A stretch of 64,000 bases of DNA from positions 87,234,001 through 87,298,000 of the forward strand of contig OZ024745.1 of NCBI GenBank assembly GCA_964016885.1, given 5' to 3'. Shown here one piece after another: positions 30,704 to 44,360 of the stretch. The notes under the pieces are model-generated. The model was not told the DNA's origin. It was given only the letters and a program-made list of their open reading frames with translations, and ran no database searches. Position 1 is the first letter of the stretch. Every line of letters starts with the position of its first letter. This DNA is from Eledone cirrhosa (lineage: Eukaryota). The translations under genes were made by a program, and so were the position numbers.

Positions 30704-31789
30704 GAATTTTTCTGGAATGTTTTTTCAATGGTATTATTATATCTAATGGCATTTATCCTGTTGTTGTATGGTCTTGTATAGAAGTTTGGGACGTATTGAG
30801 GTTCGGTTGGTTGATAGTCTGGGTTGTAGATTTTGTTCCTTTGTGTGGGTCGGGGTCTACGATTTTGGAACAGGCTCTGCGTGGGCAGGGGTATACGGTT
30901 TTGGAATAGGTTTTGTGTGGGTTGTGATCTGCGGATCGGGTCCTGTCTTGTGTTGGGGGATCTTCGGTTTTTGTTAGTAGGGTTATAGTTTTGTCTATGG
31001 GTTCTGGGATTATCGTTATAGTTTTGATGGGGTTATGTTGGACGTTTTGTTACTTTTTTGTTATTTGTTGTGCATGTGGTGTGTGAGTTTCAGTTTGTTT
31101 TAAAAATGGGTTACCTGTATGTTGTTCATTTTTGAAATCCATTTCGTAGTTGTTGAACCAGGTGGCGTTTTTTTTCTCATCACTGGAGGGATGTTAGTTC
31201 TTCATCCGCACAGTTTTCTTTCCAAAGTTTTAAGGTTTTTTTCATAGGGTAGGCCTTCACAGTGCCTTGAGATTTCTGCTTCCATCTGTTGGTCGAGAGA
31301 CTTGAATTTTTCTTCGTTGGAGTTGGCTCTTAATCGCAACAGTTCTATTTCTATTTTAAATTTTTCTAACACCATCTTTTCCCTAATTTTTTGTTGGTTT
31401 TCTGGTTCATTCGGGATGAGTTTTATTTGGAGTTTTTTGTGGAGGATGATTGGGGTAGAGTTTAGCCACTTTTCATATATGTCTGCCTTGCCATTATTTT
31501 TTAGGAGATTCCAAAAGGCAATTTGCGGGCTGTGAGCTTTTGAGTCCATATATGGATTAGGGTGTTTTTCACTGAGTGGACATCTCGTAGATTGGTTTCT
31601 AATGGTTGTTCCAGCTTTTGGAGCATTGCTGTTTGAATGGTTTCGATTAGTTTTAGTTAATGCTGGAGTAATATTCGTCTCTTGGGTATTTTCTGTTTCT
31701 TCGTGGGGTCCTTTTTCATAGATGTGTATTTGGTCCACTTTGTTGGTCAAAATTGAGAGTTTAGAGGAAATCTCAGGTTGTTTTTTCAT
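30635..31789 (-). pseudogene. Upstream ORF1 of the PLE, coiled-coil-like
   Basis: ORF 31202-31789 has a charged heptad-like stretch (EKFKIEIELLRLRANSNEEKFKSLDQQMEAEI), followed by a disrupted N/R/P/Y-rich tail ending ...SFLDQGYRTHDTRWHKPILKNRK*. Confidence 0.7.
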
Positions 31790-32418
31790 AAAAAAAGGGG
31801 CTCACGAAGGCTTTTTTTTTATAAATGTAATTTGATTTGTTATAAATGAAATTATGGCTATCACGTACGAATAAATAAGGAAAATATGTTTATTCAAAAA
31901 TATAGACCAGCATTAAATATTGTTTAATATACATTATGTCAACACCACAACATGCTAACCATCCAAACAGACACATACACACACATATAACACCTTCTAC
32001 TTTAGAAAATAAAAACCCGAACTAAATAAAGCTTAACATACGTTTGCGCTGACAATACAACAGAACAAATACGAATAAGTAAAGAAAATATGTTCATTCA
32101 AAAATATTCCTACTAACGGTATCATTTTCCTACACACACACACACAATATATATATATATTCTCTTCATCTTAACATGCTAACCATACTCCCACACACAC
32201 ATAACACCTATACACACACATAACACCCCACCCACACACACACAACTCCCTCCCCCATTTCTACTAATAGAATCACTTTCCTACACACATATACACACAC
32301 AAAATATATATATTCTCTCCATCTTAACATACCACCGCCACACACACACACACATAGCACCCACATACACACACACACACACCTTCCTCCCGCATTTCTA
32401 CTAATAGAATCATCTTCC

Positions 32419-32489
<71 letters not shown>

Positions 32490-33344
32490 GCACACAAATA
32501 AACATACATATCTTTACTTTCTTTATTTCAATAGAAAATCTGAATTCTGACACCCCAGCGAACCAACCATATTCACTGAACCAGAACAATTCTCCCATAC
32601 CATTTCTCTTGACTATTATTTCATGCTTGTCATAAAATTCTCTAAAATCCTACAAAATAAATTCCCAAATACGGGCGCGAAATTTAATGAATTTGTTCAC
32701 GTGAATGGAATAATTTCATTTATAACCAATCAAATTATATTTATTAAAAAAACTCTTCGTGAGCCACTTTTTTTAAAGTAAAAAGAAATTCAAACAAACT
32801 TACGCGAAAGCTGATATACTTAGTCACGTGACTACATCAACCAACCAAACTTCACTCATATATGAAAATGGGATGGGAGAATTGTTCTGGTTCAGTAAAT
32901 ATAGCAGGTTGTTACCTGCTATATTTACTGAACCAGAACAATTCTCCCATCCCATTTCTCTTGACAATTATCTCATGATTGTCATAAAATTTACCAAAAG
33001 GCTAGAAAATAAATTCCCAAATACGTGCGCGAAATTTAATGAACTTGTTCGCCTGACAGCCATAATTTTATTTATAACCAATCAAATTACATTTATAAAA
33101 AAAGCCTTTGTGAAACCCCTTTTTTTAAGTAAAAAGAAATCCAAACACTCATATTTGAAAGAACCTTGTTTGAAGAACCTTGTAACGCGAACTGGCGCGA
33201 AATTTATTATACTTATTGACCAAACTATCAAATTAATTCTCTAAAACCCTGGCATTTCGAGCCACTTTTTTTCCATATGAAACAAATAACATTGAAAGAC
33301 CAACCAGGTGTGAGAAAAACAACAGACCCTCCATCTCAACGCGA

Positions 33345-33380
33345 CTTTTGATAAGCAGAAGAATTGCGAAACCGGTAAAG
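33345..33380 (+). ncRNA. Minimal hammerhead with U3-A8 core
   Basis: ctt-TTGATAA-gcag-aagaa-ttgc-GAAAC-CG-GTA-aag; relatives near 27068-27103(-), 33917-33952(-), 52180-52215(+). Confidence 0.65.
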
Positions 33381-33557
33381 GAACCAAATAAATATATATA
33401 TTTAAAAAAAATATAAGACTCCAGTTGCATTTTCGATTTCATCTTTTTTTCTTTATACTTTCACTCGTGTAGGACACCTCGGTTATTTTTCATTTTGTTA
33501 AAAAAACACACACTTTCTAATATATATACATATATATATATTTATATATACATATAC

Positions 33558-33632
<75 letters not shown>

Positions 33633-33667
33633 CATATACTATATATATAAACATATATATATATATA

Positions 33668-33715
<48 letters not shown>

Positions 33716-33769
33716 CATATACATATATATATATACATATATATATATATAAACATATATATATATATA

Positions 33770-33838
<69 letters not shown>

Positions 33839-34061
33839 ATGTATAAAGAAAAAAGATGAAATCAAAAATGCAACTGGAGTCTTATTTTAAAAAATATATA
33901 TATATTTATTTGGTTTCTTTACCGGTTTCGCAGTTTTTTGGCTTTTCAAAAGTAGAGTTGAGATGGAGGGTCTGTGGTTTTTCATATATATATATGTATA
34001 TATATATATATGCATATATATATATATATGCATATATATATATGCATATATATATATATGC

Positions 34062-34150
<89 letters not shown>

Positions 34151-34318
34151 GTAAATTTCTTTAAGTCGTTCGGAAGCCTCGACAATGCAAATGGGTAAAT
34201 CTCCGGGTAAAAAGATCCGGTGGTGGAGAGAGAGATATAAGTGGGTGTACGTTGAGATGCGTGGCGTGTATAAGACGTGTAGAGGAATGAAGGAAAGGGC
34301 ATAAAGAATAAAATAAAA

Positions 34319-34368
<50 letters not shown>

Positions 34369-34529
34369 GTATATATATATGTATATATATATATATATGT
34401 ATATATATATGTATATATGTATATATGTATATATATATGTATATATATATATGTATATATATATATGTGTATATATATATGTATATATATATGTATATGT
34501 ATATATATATGTATATATATATGTACATG

Positions 34530-35130
34530 TTACCAGTAGCACCAACTGGTGACCTGACATATACAACCTGTCTCATGGTCGGGTCGTTGGCGACTAAACT
34601 GGCAACCCCACCAAGGTTTCTTGGTGAGGAGGGTGACTTTGGACATCCTGCAAGACTAAAAACAAAACCTGTCAAAGGGCAAATGAGCTCTTAAGAGTCA
34701 ATGACCATCCAAAATCACCGGGAGAGATGACCCCTTAGCCTTTGTCAAGGCAGAATTCTAGGAGAAGGAAAACTCTGATATAACACCTGCAACCCTGATG
34801 GTATCCAATGATGTTGACTTGTTCTTCTTTTTGGTAAATATCATCTTGGTTAAGAGAGTGGGACTGGCTTTGTGCAGTGCCTTTGCTCACTATAAAAGCT
34901 TCACGGCACAGGCATTGCTTTATATCTGGAGATCTCTCTGCACTTATCGTCACATGGAACCATGGGCCCAGCACTATGTGTCAATAATTGTCACAGGTGT
35001 AGTGTTTGTACCAGAGTTTTCAAGTCGCTGGCTGGACTAAAAAGTCACACTCGTTCAGCGCAACAGTAGGAGTTCTCCTACATGGATATAAATAATGGCC
35101 GTACTCGAAAACGAGTTGGCAGCCACCATA
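34530..35130. mobile_element. Degenerate LINE fragments, possibly RTE
   Basis: Higher-complexity island in (TA)n. Weak RT-thumb-like residues on - strand and an RTE-5'UTR-like GGCGACTAAACTGGCAACCCCACC. Confidence 0.3.
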
Positions 35131-35180
35131 TATATATATGTATATACATATATATGTATATATATGTATATATATATATA

Positions 35181-35214
<34 letters not shown>

Positions 35215-35264
35215 GATATATATTCATATATATATATTCATATATATATATTCATATATATATG

Positions 35265-35297
<33 letters not shown>

Positions 35298-35322
35298 TCA
35301 TATATATATGTATATATATATA

Positions 35323-35362
<40 letters not shown>

Positions 35363-35365
<3 letters not shown>

Positions 35366-37959
35366 CGTTTCTGAATTTGTTTAGCAAGATTCTTTATCTG
35401 AAATCGTGTGTTGAAACCGATATTGTTATACTTTGGGAGGGTCATGTTGCCAATAAGAAACACACGCACCAGTTGCTTTCACTTCAATTTATTATAATAA
35501 ATTTATAATAAATTTATAAATTTATAAATTTCTGGTTGGTTGGTTGGTTCCACAACCAGATAGTTGTTTATATATAGTCATAGTTCTTTCGTCACACACT
35601 TTGTGACCTCTTCAGTGACTGGGGATTCCTTTCTTTGTTTCTGTGCCTCTCCTTTGTTTTTTCCTACGCCATTTTGTTTCTGTGTGTGTGTTGTGTGTTC
35701 AGTCTGCTCATGCGCCACATCCGGGTGTCTGTGTGTGTTTATGTTCATTTATTTATTTATTTATTTACATGTTACTGGTTGGTTGTTTGTTCTATGTGTG
35801 TGTGTGTTTTCATTTTGTCCTTAATTGTAAGTTGTGATGTTGCTGTTCCACTCATATTTCCTATTTAATTTTGGTTGTAATTCTTTTATGTTTATTGCCT
35901 CTGTAATTTGTCTAAACATTGCGTCTTTTCTGTGTGTAGACTCTATTTTTATTTCTATGTTCTCTAATTTACCCTTCTGTTCTATTTTAGCATGTTGATA
36001 GAGTACAGATGATTCTTTATTATCTTGAAGGTCACGCAAGTGTTCATTTATCCGTTCCCCTACACTACGGGCTGTCTCACCTATATACACTATATTTTTG
36101 TCTCTACATTGTCCTTCAGTACATCTTATGCTATACACTACATTTCTAGTTTTACAGTTAATATGGGGGCTTATTTTACAGGTTATACATTTCTTATCTA
36201 TACATGAGGGTCTTTGAAAAGGGTATGTCTTGCTAATAAGTGTTTTTACGGAGGTACCTGGTCTTTCTACTATCTTAATATTGAGTTTATGTTTATTTAG
36301 GGCCCTTCTAAATTTGTAAGCTAATTCACCTCTAGGGGTTGTATCGATGAACATTACACTCTGGTATTTATTGCTATCATACCATGAGTTTATTCTATTA
36401 GCCTTGTTCCTAGTTCTTTCTATTCTATTCCAAAAGTTTCTCCTATACAAGGGGCAGGCCCCATTTATGTCATTATTTACCATTTTTTCCCATTTGGTTC
36501 TGGCTCCTCTATACACTCTGATTTTATCTCTCTGTTTGTAGCCAGAGAACTGCAAACTCCATCCACCAGAGCATTAGACTACCCAAGTAAACGCCCCAAC
36601 CATCGATTACCTGTACTAGACACAGAGCTCTAGTTAGATACCATTAACAACAAAAAACAAATCCTCCATTGCCATTATGCCAAACCCATGACTTCCAAAC
36701 ATCTGATCCGCCGAAACTCGGCCGTTTCAGACCATACCAAAATCAACATACTGATTGCGGATTTGGTACGGGTGATGAGAAATGTGTCCCGCATGTGCAA
36801 CCCCGAAGAACTAGAGAGACACATACAAAACTTCATCCACCGTATGCAGTTCTCTGGCTACAATCAGAGAGATAAAATCAGAGTGTATAGAGGAGCCAGA
36901 ACCAAATGGGATAAAATGGTAAATAATGACATAAATGGGACCTGCCCCTTGTATAGGAGCAAATTTTGGAATAGAATAGAAAGAACTAGGAACAAGGCTA
37001 ATAGAATAAACTCATGGTATGATAGCAATAAATACCAGAGTGTAATTTTCATCGATACAACCCCTAGAGGTGAATTAGCTTACAAATTTAGAAGGGCCCT
37101 AAATAAACATAAACTCAATATTAAGATAGTAGAAAGACCAGGTACCTCCGTAAAAACACTTATTAGCAAGACATACCCTTTTCAAAGACCCTCATGTATA
37201 GATAAGAAATGTATAACCTGTAAAATAAGCCCCCATATTAACTGTAAAACTAGAAATGTAGTGTATAGCATAAGATGTACTGAAGGACAATGTAGAGACA
37301 AAAATATAGTGTACATAGGTGAGACAGCCCGTAGTGTAGGGGAACGGACAAATGAACACTGGCGAGACCTTCAAGATAATAAAGAATCATCTGTACTCTA
37401 CCAACATGCTAACATAGAACAGAAGGGTAAATTAGAGAACATAGAAATAAAAATAGAATATACACACAGAAAAGACGCAATGTTTAGACAAATTACAGAG
37501 GCAATAAACATAAAAGAATTACAACCAAAATTAAATAGGAAATATGAGTGGAACAGCAACACCACAACTTACAATTAAGGACAAAATGAAAACACACACA
37601 CACATAGAACAAACAACCAACCAGTAACATGTAAACAAAAAAATAAATAAATGAACATAAACACACACAGACACCCGGATGTGGCGCATGCGCAGACTGA
37701 GCACACAACACACACACAGAAACAAAATGGCGTAGGACAGAACAAAGGAGAGGCACATAAACAAAGAAAGGAATCCCCAGTCACTGAAGAGGTCACAGAG
37801 TGTGTGACGAAAGAACTATGACTATATATAAACAACTATCTGGTTGTGGAACCAACCAACCAGAAATTTATAAATTTATTATAAATTTATTATAATAAAT
37901 TGAAGTGAAAGCAACTGGTGCGTGTGTTTCTTATTGGCAACATGACCCTCCCAAAGTAT

Positions 37960-37965
<6 letters not shown>
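35363..37965 (+). mobile_element. PLE 3' fragment with inverted duplication
   Basis: Arms 35421-36554 / 36846-37965. ORF 36688-37578 with RMQFSGY, C..KKC.TC, NCKTRNVVYSIRC...YIGETARSVGER..EH, EAINI...LN.K.E. Confidence 0.92.
37779..37823 (+). ncRNA. Minimal hammerhead ribozyme (mirror copy near 35576-35620)
   Basis: agtca-CTGAAGA-g-gtcaca-gagtg-tgtgac-GAAAG-AA-CTA-tgact. Confidence 0.75.
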
Positions 37966-38015
<50 letters not shown>

Positions 38016-38423
38016 AGATAAGCAGAACAAGTAAAATTCAACCAATCTTTCAAAATAAATCAAAATTAATTTACAATTAAAATTAATCAAAATTAAAAAA
38101 TATAATATAAATATTTAATATATATATATATAGTCTTATATTTATATATCTATATTCTTATATATCTATATTCTTATATATATATATATTCTTATATATA
38201 TATATTTCTATATTTAAGTTTAACAGGGTTCAATGAATACATCAAATAATATTGATGCCATGTATTTCTTAAGCTCTATTACACGCACCCTCTCTATTGT
38301 TTGTATTATATTATCACATGTTCTCAATATTAGAGTTTAAATATTGAGTTTTGTCATAAGTTAATCACTACCATGACTGAATGTTAACCATATACTATGA
38401 CAGGGTATGTTATGCATCATCTT

Positions 38424-38488
38424 ATTTTATCTGATGAGGACGTACTGTTGAACTCAACTCAGTACCTCTGAAATATGTATAATACAAT
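38424..38488 (+). ncRNA. Hammerhead ribozyme motif
   Basis: attttat-CTGATGA-ggacgtactg...cagtacctct-GAAA-tatgt-ATA-atacaat. Confidence 0.7.
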
Positions 38489-38581
38489 ATAATTGATCAC
38501 AAGAATATCTATTTTGTTAATATTTTGAATTAATATATATATAAATATATCTGTATCTATATGTATATATTTGTATATAAT

Positions 38582-38646
<65 letters not shown>

Positions 38647-39105
38647 ATATGTATATTTTTGTATATAATTATGTATTTATATATTTGTATATACAGAGAG
38701 AGAGAGAGAGAGAACGAGATAGGTATATATAGAGAGAGATAGGTGAGAACGTGAGTACGTGTTTACATGGGTGTTATATTTAATGTATAAAACTCAGAGA
38801 CATGAATAATTCCTATTTCTTGAAATTCTTTGCTAAACTTAATTCACTAAGATAACATTCTCTTTGCATTACCGACCAGCAGCCACGCATACACCTACAT
38901 ATTTATACACACATACACCTATTTATTTATATACAAACACATCTACATATGTATACACATACACGATCAAATATTTCCGACAAAATACCTCCTTGAACTG
39001 AAAATAAATAACTCCACGCAATAAACCAACATTCAGACACGTATACACATACACGTACATATGCGCACTCACACTCACATCCATATAACTCACATCCATA
39101 TAACT

Positions 39106-39138
<33 letters not shown>

Positions 39139-39908
39139 ACAAACACACACACACACACATGCACATAAACATACATACGTACACACACACACACACCCAC
39201 ACTCACTCATCCATATATACACACACACACACACATGCACATAAACATACATATGTACACACTCACACACACACTCATAAACATACACGCACACACACTC
39301 ACACATGCACATACATACACACATTCAACCTTTCTCCCAAAAATGCCAGTTTGAACTGATACTAAATAACTCCATACAATAGACCCTTCATCCTGACACA
39401 CACAAATACACACACGCGTGCACTCACATATACACAGACACTCCCACACATATATTCTTGTGCATGTACATATATATGCTTGTATATGCACAAGCATATA
39501 TACATATGCCTTCAAGCACATATTTCCAGACTGTTTAAACCTCTCTTGCCCTCTGAATTTCTTTCAATCCCCTTCCAAGTCTGGCATTTGACCACACGGA
39601 TTTTGCTATGTATTTTCTTCCACATATTGCTTTCCGATGAAAGTGAGCATCTGAAACGTTAAGGCATTTTTAAAATCCCTTTTGTAAACGTCAAACTAAT
39701 AAGCACCAGAGTATTCAATACTTAGGGTAGTAGAGTGGGTAATATGAAAAGAGTCAGGACTCCGACAGCTTAGTTCAGATCTAGTTGTCGAAACGACCGG
39801 AGCTCAGCCGTCGGGGCCCTGACTCCTTTCATGTATATATATATATAGATATATCCACACACACACATATGCACGCACACACATACACACACACGCATAT
39901 ATATATAT

Positions 39909-39991
<83 letters not shown>

Positions 39992-40061
39992 TGTGTGTGG
40001 AAAGGTGTTTACATAAAGGTGTTTTGGCTTTTTCAGTATAGCTTTCTGTATTTCTTTTCAG

Positions 40062-40231
40062 ACATCCGGATGATATCGATCTCTTCAGTGGAGGCCTATC
40101 AGAAAATCCAATACGTGGTGGTATTGTTGGACCCACCTTCGCCTGCATCATTGGGCGCCAGTTTCATCTCATCAAAACCGGTGACAGATTTTGGTATGAA
40201 AGAAATGATCCAACTGTCGGATTTACACTGA
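40062..40231 (+). CDS. Animal heme peroxidase (peroxinectin/peroxidasin-like), internal coding exon
   Basis: Flanked by ttcttttcAG and GTAAGT. Translates HPDDIDLFSGGLSENPIRGGIVGPTFACIIGRQFHLIKTGDRFWYERNDPTVGFTL, with the family's DIDL..GG..E, GPTF.CII..QF and GDRFWYE motifs. Ends in phase 1. Confidence 0.93.
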
Positions 40232-40316
40232 GTAAGTTACACCCACAAAATTGACTACAAAAGCACAAATTCGTAAATTTCCTTTAATGTTTTTATCATA
40301 TAGTAAATATTGCGAG

Positions 40317-40632
<316 letters not shown>

Positions 40633-40687
40633 GATACACACACACAAACACCACACACACAACCCCCCCCCCCCCCACACACATGTG

Positions 40688-40721
<34 letters not shown>

Positions 40722-40774
40722 GAACTAGCTGTGGAAACGACAAGAGCTCAATCGCCAAGTCCCGACACTTTCTA

Positions 40775-40825
<51 letters not shown>

Positions 40826-41189
40826 TGATTTCTCCCAAATGAAACAGTTCTAGTCATGTAGAAGCCATTTCTATATTAAATATTTATACTCTGCTATGTA
40901 TTGAGTACTTTACTGTAGTTACCCCCGATTTAACCCGGGATAAACATATCTCTATATATATGTACATTATTTATTTATGTTCATCCACGGAACAAAGACG
41001 TTACCCAAGGTTTCAAATCCCAAATTTGACCATATCTCCAGAAGACAAGAAGTGTCATGAAAATAGTGACCTTTCCTCAGGTCTTAATACCAGTTCTATT
41101 CCGTGTATGAAAATAAATAATATAATATTTCTACTCTCTTCCCGAGTAAACACTGTTTTACCTTTTCTTTCACACATCTACAGATATTG

Positions 41190-41307
<118 letters not shown>

Positions 41308-41330
41308 CGAAACATCATAATCCTTTATTT

Positions 41331-41386
41331 ACTGCTATATATATTTCGATGATAGCCATTGAATGGCTATGACCTCATCAGGCAGT
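41331..41386 (-). ncRNA. Type I minimal hammerhead ribozyme
   Basis: actgc-CTGATGA-ggtcatagccat-tca-atggctatcatc-GAAA-tatat-ATA-gcagt. Confidence 0.8.
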
Positions 41387-41838
41387 TAGTCAGTTCCTAG
41401 ATATGCCAGCTCTGTGTTTATAGTGTTGATGTTATCAGAGCCTTGGGACATATGAGCTTGTTAGGAATAATTTAATGTTGTCAGCAGGAATAGTCTTAAT
41501 TCTCATTGGTGAGTTTGTAGATGCTAGTAGGGTTGGTATTTGACCTCAAAGAGGCAGATGGTGTTGTAAAATTCAAACCGTCAGGCAAGATGACAATAGT
41601 TCCATATGACTGATTTTCACAAAAATATATATATATACATATATATCTGAATGGAAGCGGTAAAAACTAGTTAGACTATTACTCACCAGAGTACTCGATA
41701 CTTGGGGTAGTAGAGTGGGTAATATGAAAAATTCGTGACCACCCCGCTGGTGAGCTCCTGCCGTTTCAACATCTAGATCCGAACACTTCGCATCTAGCTG
41801 TTGCCACGGCAGAAGTTCAGCCGTCAGGGCTCTCAATT

Positions 41839-41896
<58 letters not shown>

Positions 41897-41922
41897 CAGT
41901 GTATGTAGTAATATCCATAGAT

Positions 41923-41963
<41 letters not shown>

Positions 41964-42423
41964 CTGAGATATTTATTGTTCTAAGATGTTAAACAATAAC
42001 TTTCATGATGTCAAATAACTTATTACAGGATTTTATCATTTTACGATTAAATTCTTTGAAGTCTTAAAGAAAAACTGACCTCAGAAGCCAGTTAACTGGT
42101 CCATAGCGTCTTCCTTTATCTTTAAAGTAATTCCGAGTGTTGTTCTCTGCTAGTGCCAACATACGCACCGGTCTGTTTGTTCATGCATCTTTTATTTGTT
42201 AAAATCAATAATCTATAGTTTTGTCTTTGTGTGTTCATGTATACATACAAACACACACAATGCTTTAAAAAAAAATTAAATCTCTCAGATAACAAATTTA
42301 AATTTGTGTTTCCTATTAAACAATGCTTCAAGCAAGCTACAAAACTCTGATACACACACACAACACACACACACACGCACACACACACAGACACACACAC
42401 ACACACATACACACATACATATA

Positions 42424-43420
42424 TGTTTGACCCGAATAGCTTGGTCGTTTCTATGGCTTTGCGGATAATGGTTTAACCATCATCTCAGTGTTTTTGGCCT
42501 TTTAACGTACGTTGTTGCTCTAGTTCACTAGTTTCTATGGAGCGCTTGCCACACATCTCGGAAGTTGTTTTTCGCTAATTTTCAACAGCCGAAATGCGAT
42601 TCTCGATAACTTACATTTGTATTAATCTCCCGGGTCTAGCTATTAACCAGTTAATTTTTTTTATTTTTTTATTTAATTCTATTGACTGATGAATAGATTA
42701 TGTTAATGTTTAAAAAACTATTCTATTGAGAGCTAAATTCGTTTTGTGATATTTTGCAATTATGCAATAACCACACACTTAATTCATCCGCCAAGACTAG
42801 GGGTTGTCTCTCTTCTAACCACCCACGTGGGTTTAGATAATGGTCAGTTCCTTAGCTTTGCATAGAACTAAATACCTGTTGAAAAAGTTACTTCCTTGTT
42901 TCGATCATCATACCAATAGCTTAACATTATTTGTTTAAGGCGGTGGATTGGCAGTATCGGTAGAGGTCGGACGCCATGCTTTGCAGCACAGTTACGTCCC
43001 TTTACGGACTGAGTTCAAATCCCGCCGAGGTTAACTTTGCCTTTCATCCTTACGGGGTCGATAAAATAAAGTACCAGTAATACACTGGAGTAATTGCTGG
43101 CCTTGTGCCAAATGTAGAAACAATTATTTGTTTAAGCAGACAGTACCTGATTTAGGAGTTGCAGAAACCCCATATTGGATTTTACCACCGTTTCCAGAGG
43201 TCTGGGTATAATTTTCAATCATATTTTATTATTTGTTTGACCCGATAGCTTGGTCGTTTTTATGGCTTTGCGGATAATGGTTTAACCATTGTCTCAGTGT
43301 GTTTGGCCTTTTAACGTACGTTGTTGCTCTAGTTCACTAGTTTCTATGGAGCGCTTGCCACACAGATGTGTGGCAAGCGCTCTCGCTAATTTCAAATAGC
43401 CGAAATGCGATTCTCGCTAA
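42424..43420 (+). repeat. About 190-bp direct repeat pair (42424-42610, 43234-43420)
   Basis: Both begin TGTTTGACCCGA(A)TAGCTTGGTCG and end GCCGAAATGCGATTCTCG. Confidence 0.75.
42940..43122 (+). mobile_element. tRNA-derived SINE (copies 55457-55644 -, 55660-55876 -, 59600-59795, 59877-60064, 60351-60575, 61430-61602)
   Basis: A/B-box-like head (TGGCAGTATCGG...GAGTTCAAATCC), core GCCTTTCATCCTTACGGGGTCGATAAA..AAGTACCAG, target-site duplication ATTATTTGTTTAAG. The 59877 copy has TSD ATTATGTATTGTCTAATG. Confidence 0.88.
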
Positions 43421-43445
43421 TATATATATATATATATATATATAT

Positions 43446-44168
43446 AATAAACATATGAAACAATCACAGGGATTAATTTGTAAAAGTGTGTAAGCACAAA
43501 TAGGTATGTTGGTAACTAATTAAAGTTTAACTAGAACTTTAAAAATAGATACCTTATAAATGTATTGATCTTCCTTGTATATATTTCATTAAAGAAATAT
43601 ATTTCACCATCAATCTTTCGGTAAACCACAGTAGCCAAATTCCGCATTGTGAACAAGGAAGAAGACTTAACTATCTGTCTTGACACAGCAAATCCAAATC
43701 TGCGAATGGCTAGTAGCACGTGCTGCACTTATCAAAAATACACACATCGTACCAGCTTGATCTCAGTGGCGTGAATAGGGTTATCGACAACTAGAAATAG
43801 CAGTCGAGTCCTTTCAACTGAGTTTGCTCAAAAATTAAGGGGCCGTATATATATATTCAAAATTAAATTAAATTAATTTAAAGGTGTGTGTATTTTTGAT
43901 AAGTGCAACACGTGCTACTAGCCATTCGCAGATTTGGATTTGTTAAGTCTTCTTCCTTGTTGAAAATCCGGATTTGGCTATTGTGGTATACCGAAAGATT
44001 GATGGTGAAATATATTTCTTTAAGGAAATATATACAAGGAAGATTAATCCATTTATAAGGTATCTATTTTTAAAGTTCTAGTTAAATTTTAAGTAGTTAC
44101 CTATATAGCTATGTGTGCTTACACACTTTTACAAATTATTCCCTGTGATTGTTTCATATGTTTATTTT
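43446..44168. mobile_element. Inverted-arm non-coding element with U3-A8 HHR-like motif
   Basis: Arms about 43446-43746 / 43885-44168. tcttccttg-TTGAAAA-...-GAAA-tat-ATA-caaggaaga at 43951-44043 (9-bp stem I, weak stem II). Confidence 0.7.
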
Positions 44169-44289
44169 AGATATATATATATGTCAATCAATTTCTAGTA
44201 GATATAAAATGCTCGGATCTATTCATTGGAATGTGTATAATTGTATGGCTATGTATGTATGTGTGTGTATATATATATATATATATATG

Positions 44290-44360
<71 letters not shown>

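Larger units (their letters stand above)
26995..33516 (-). mobile_element. Second Neptune-like PLE with inverted 3' duplication
   Basis: Arms about 27000-28530 / 31870-33455. Tail-only relatives at 33843-33985 and 51660-52283. Confidence 0.92.

Noticed and set aside
42940-43025. tRNA gene
   Set aside because: No cloverleaf; it is the head of a multi-copy SINE with target-site duplications.
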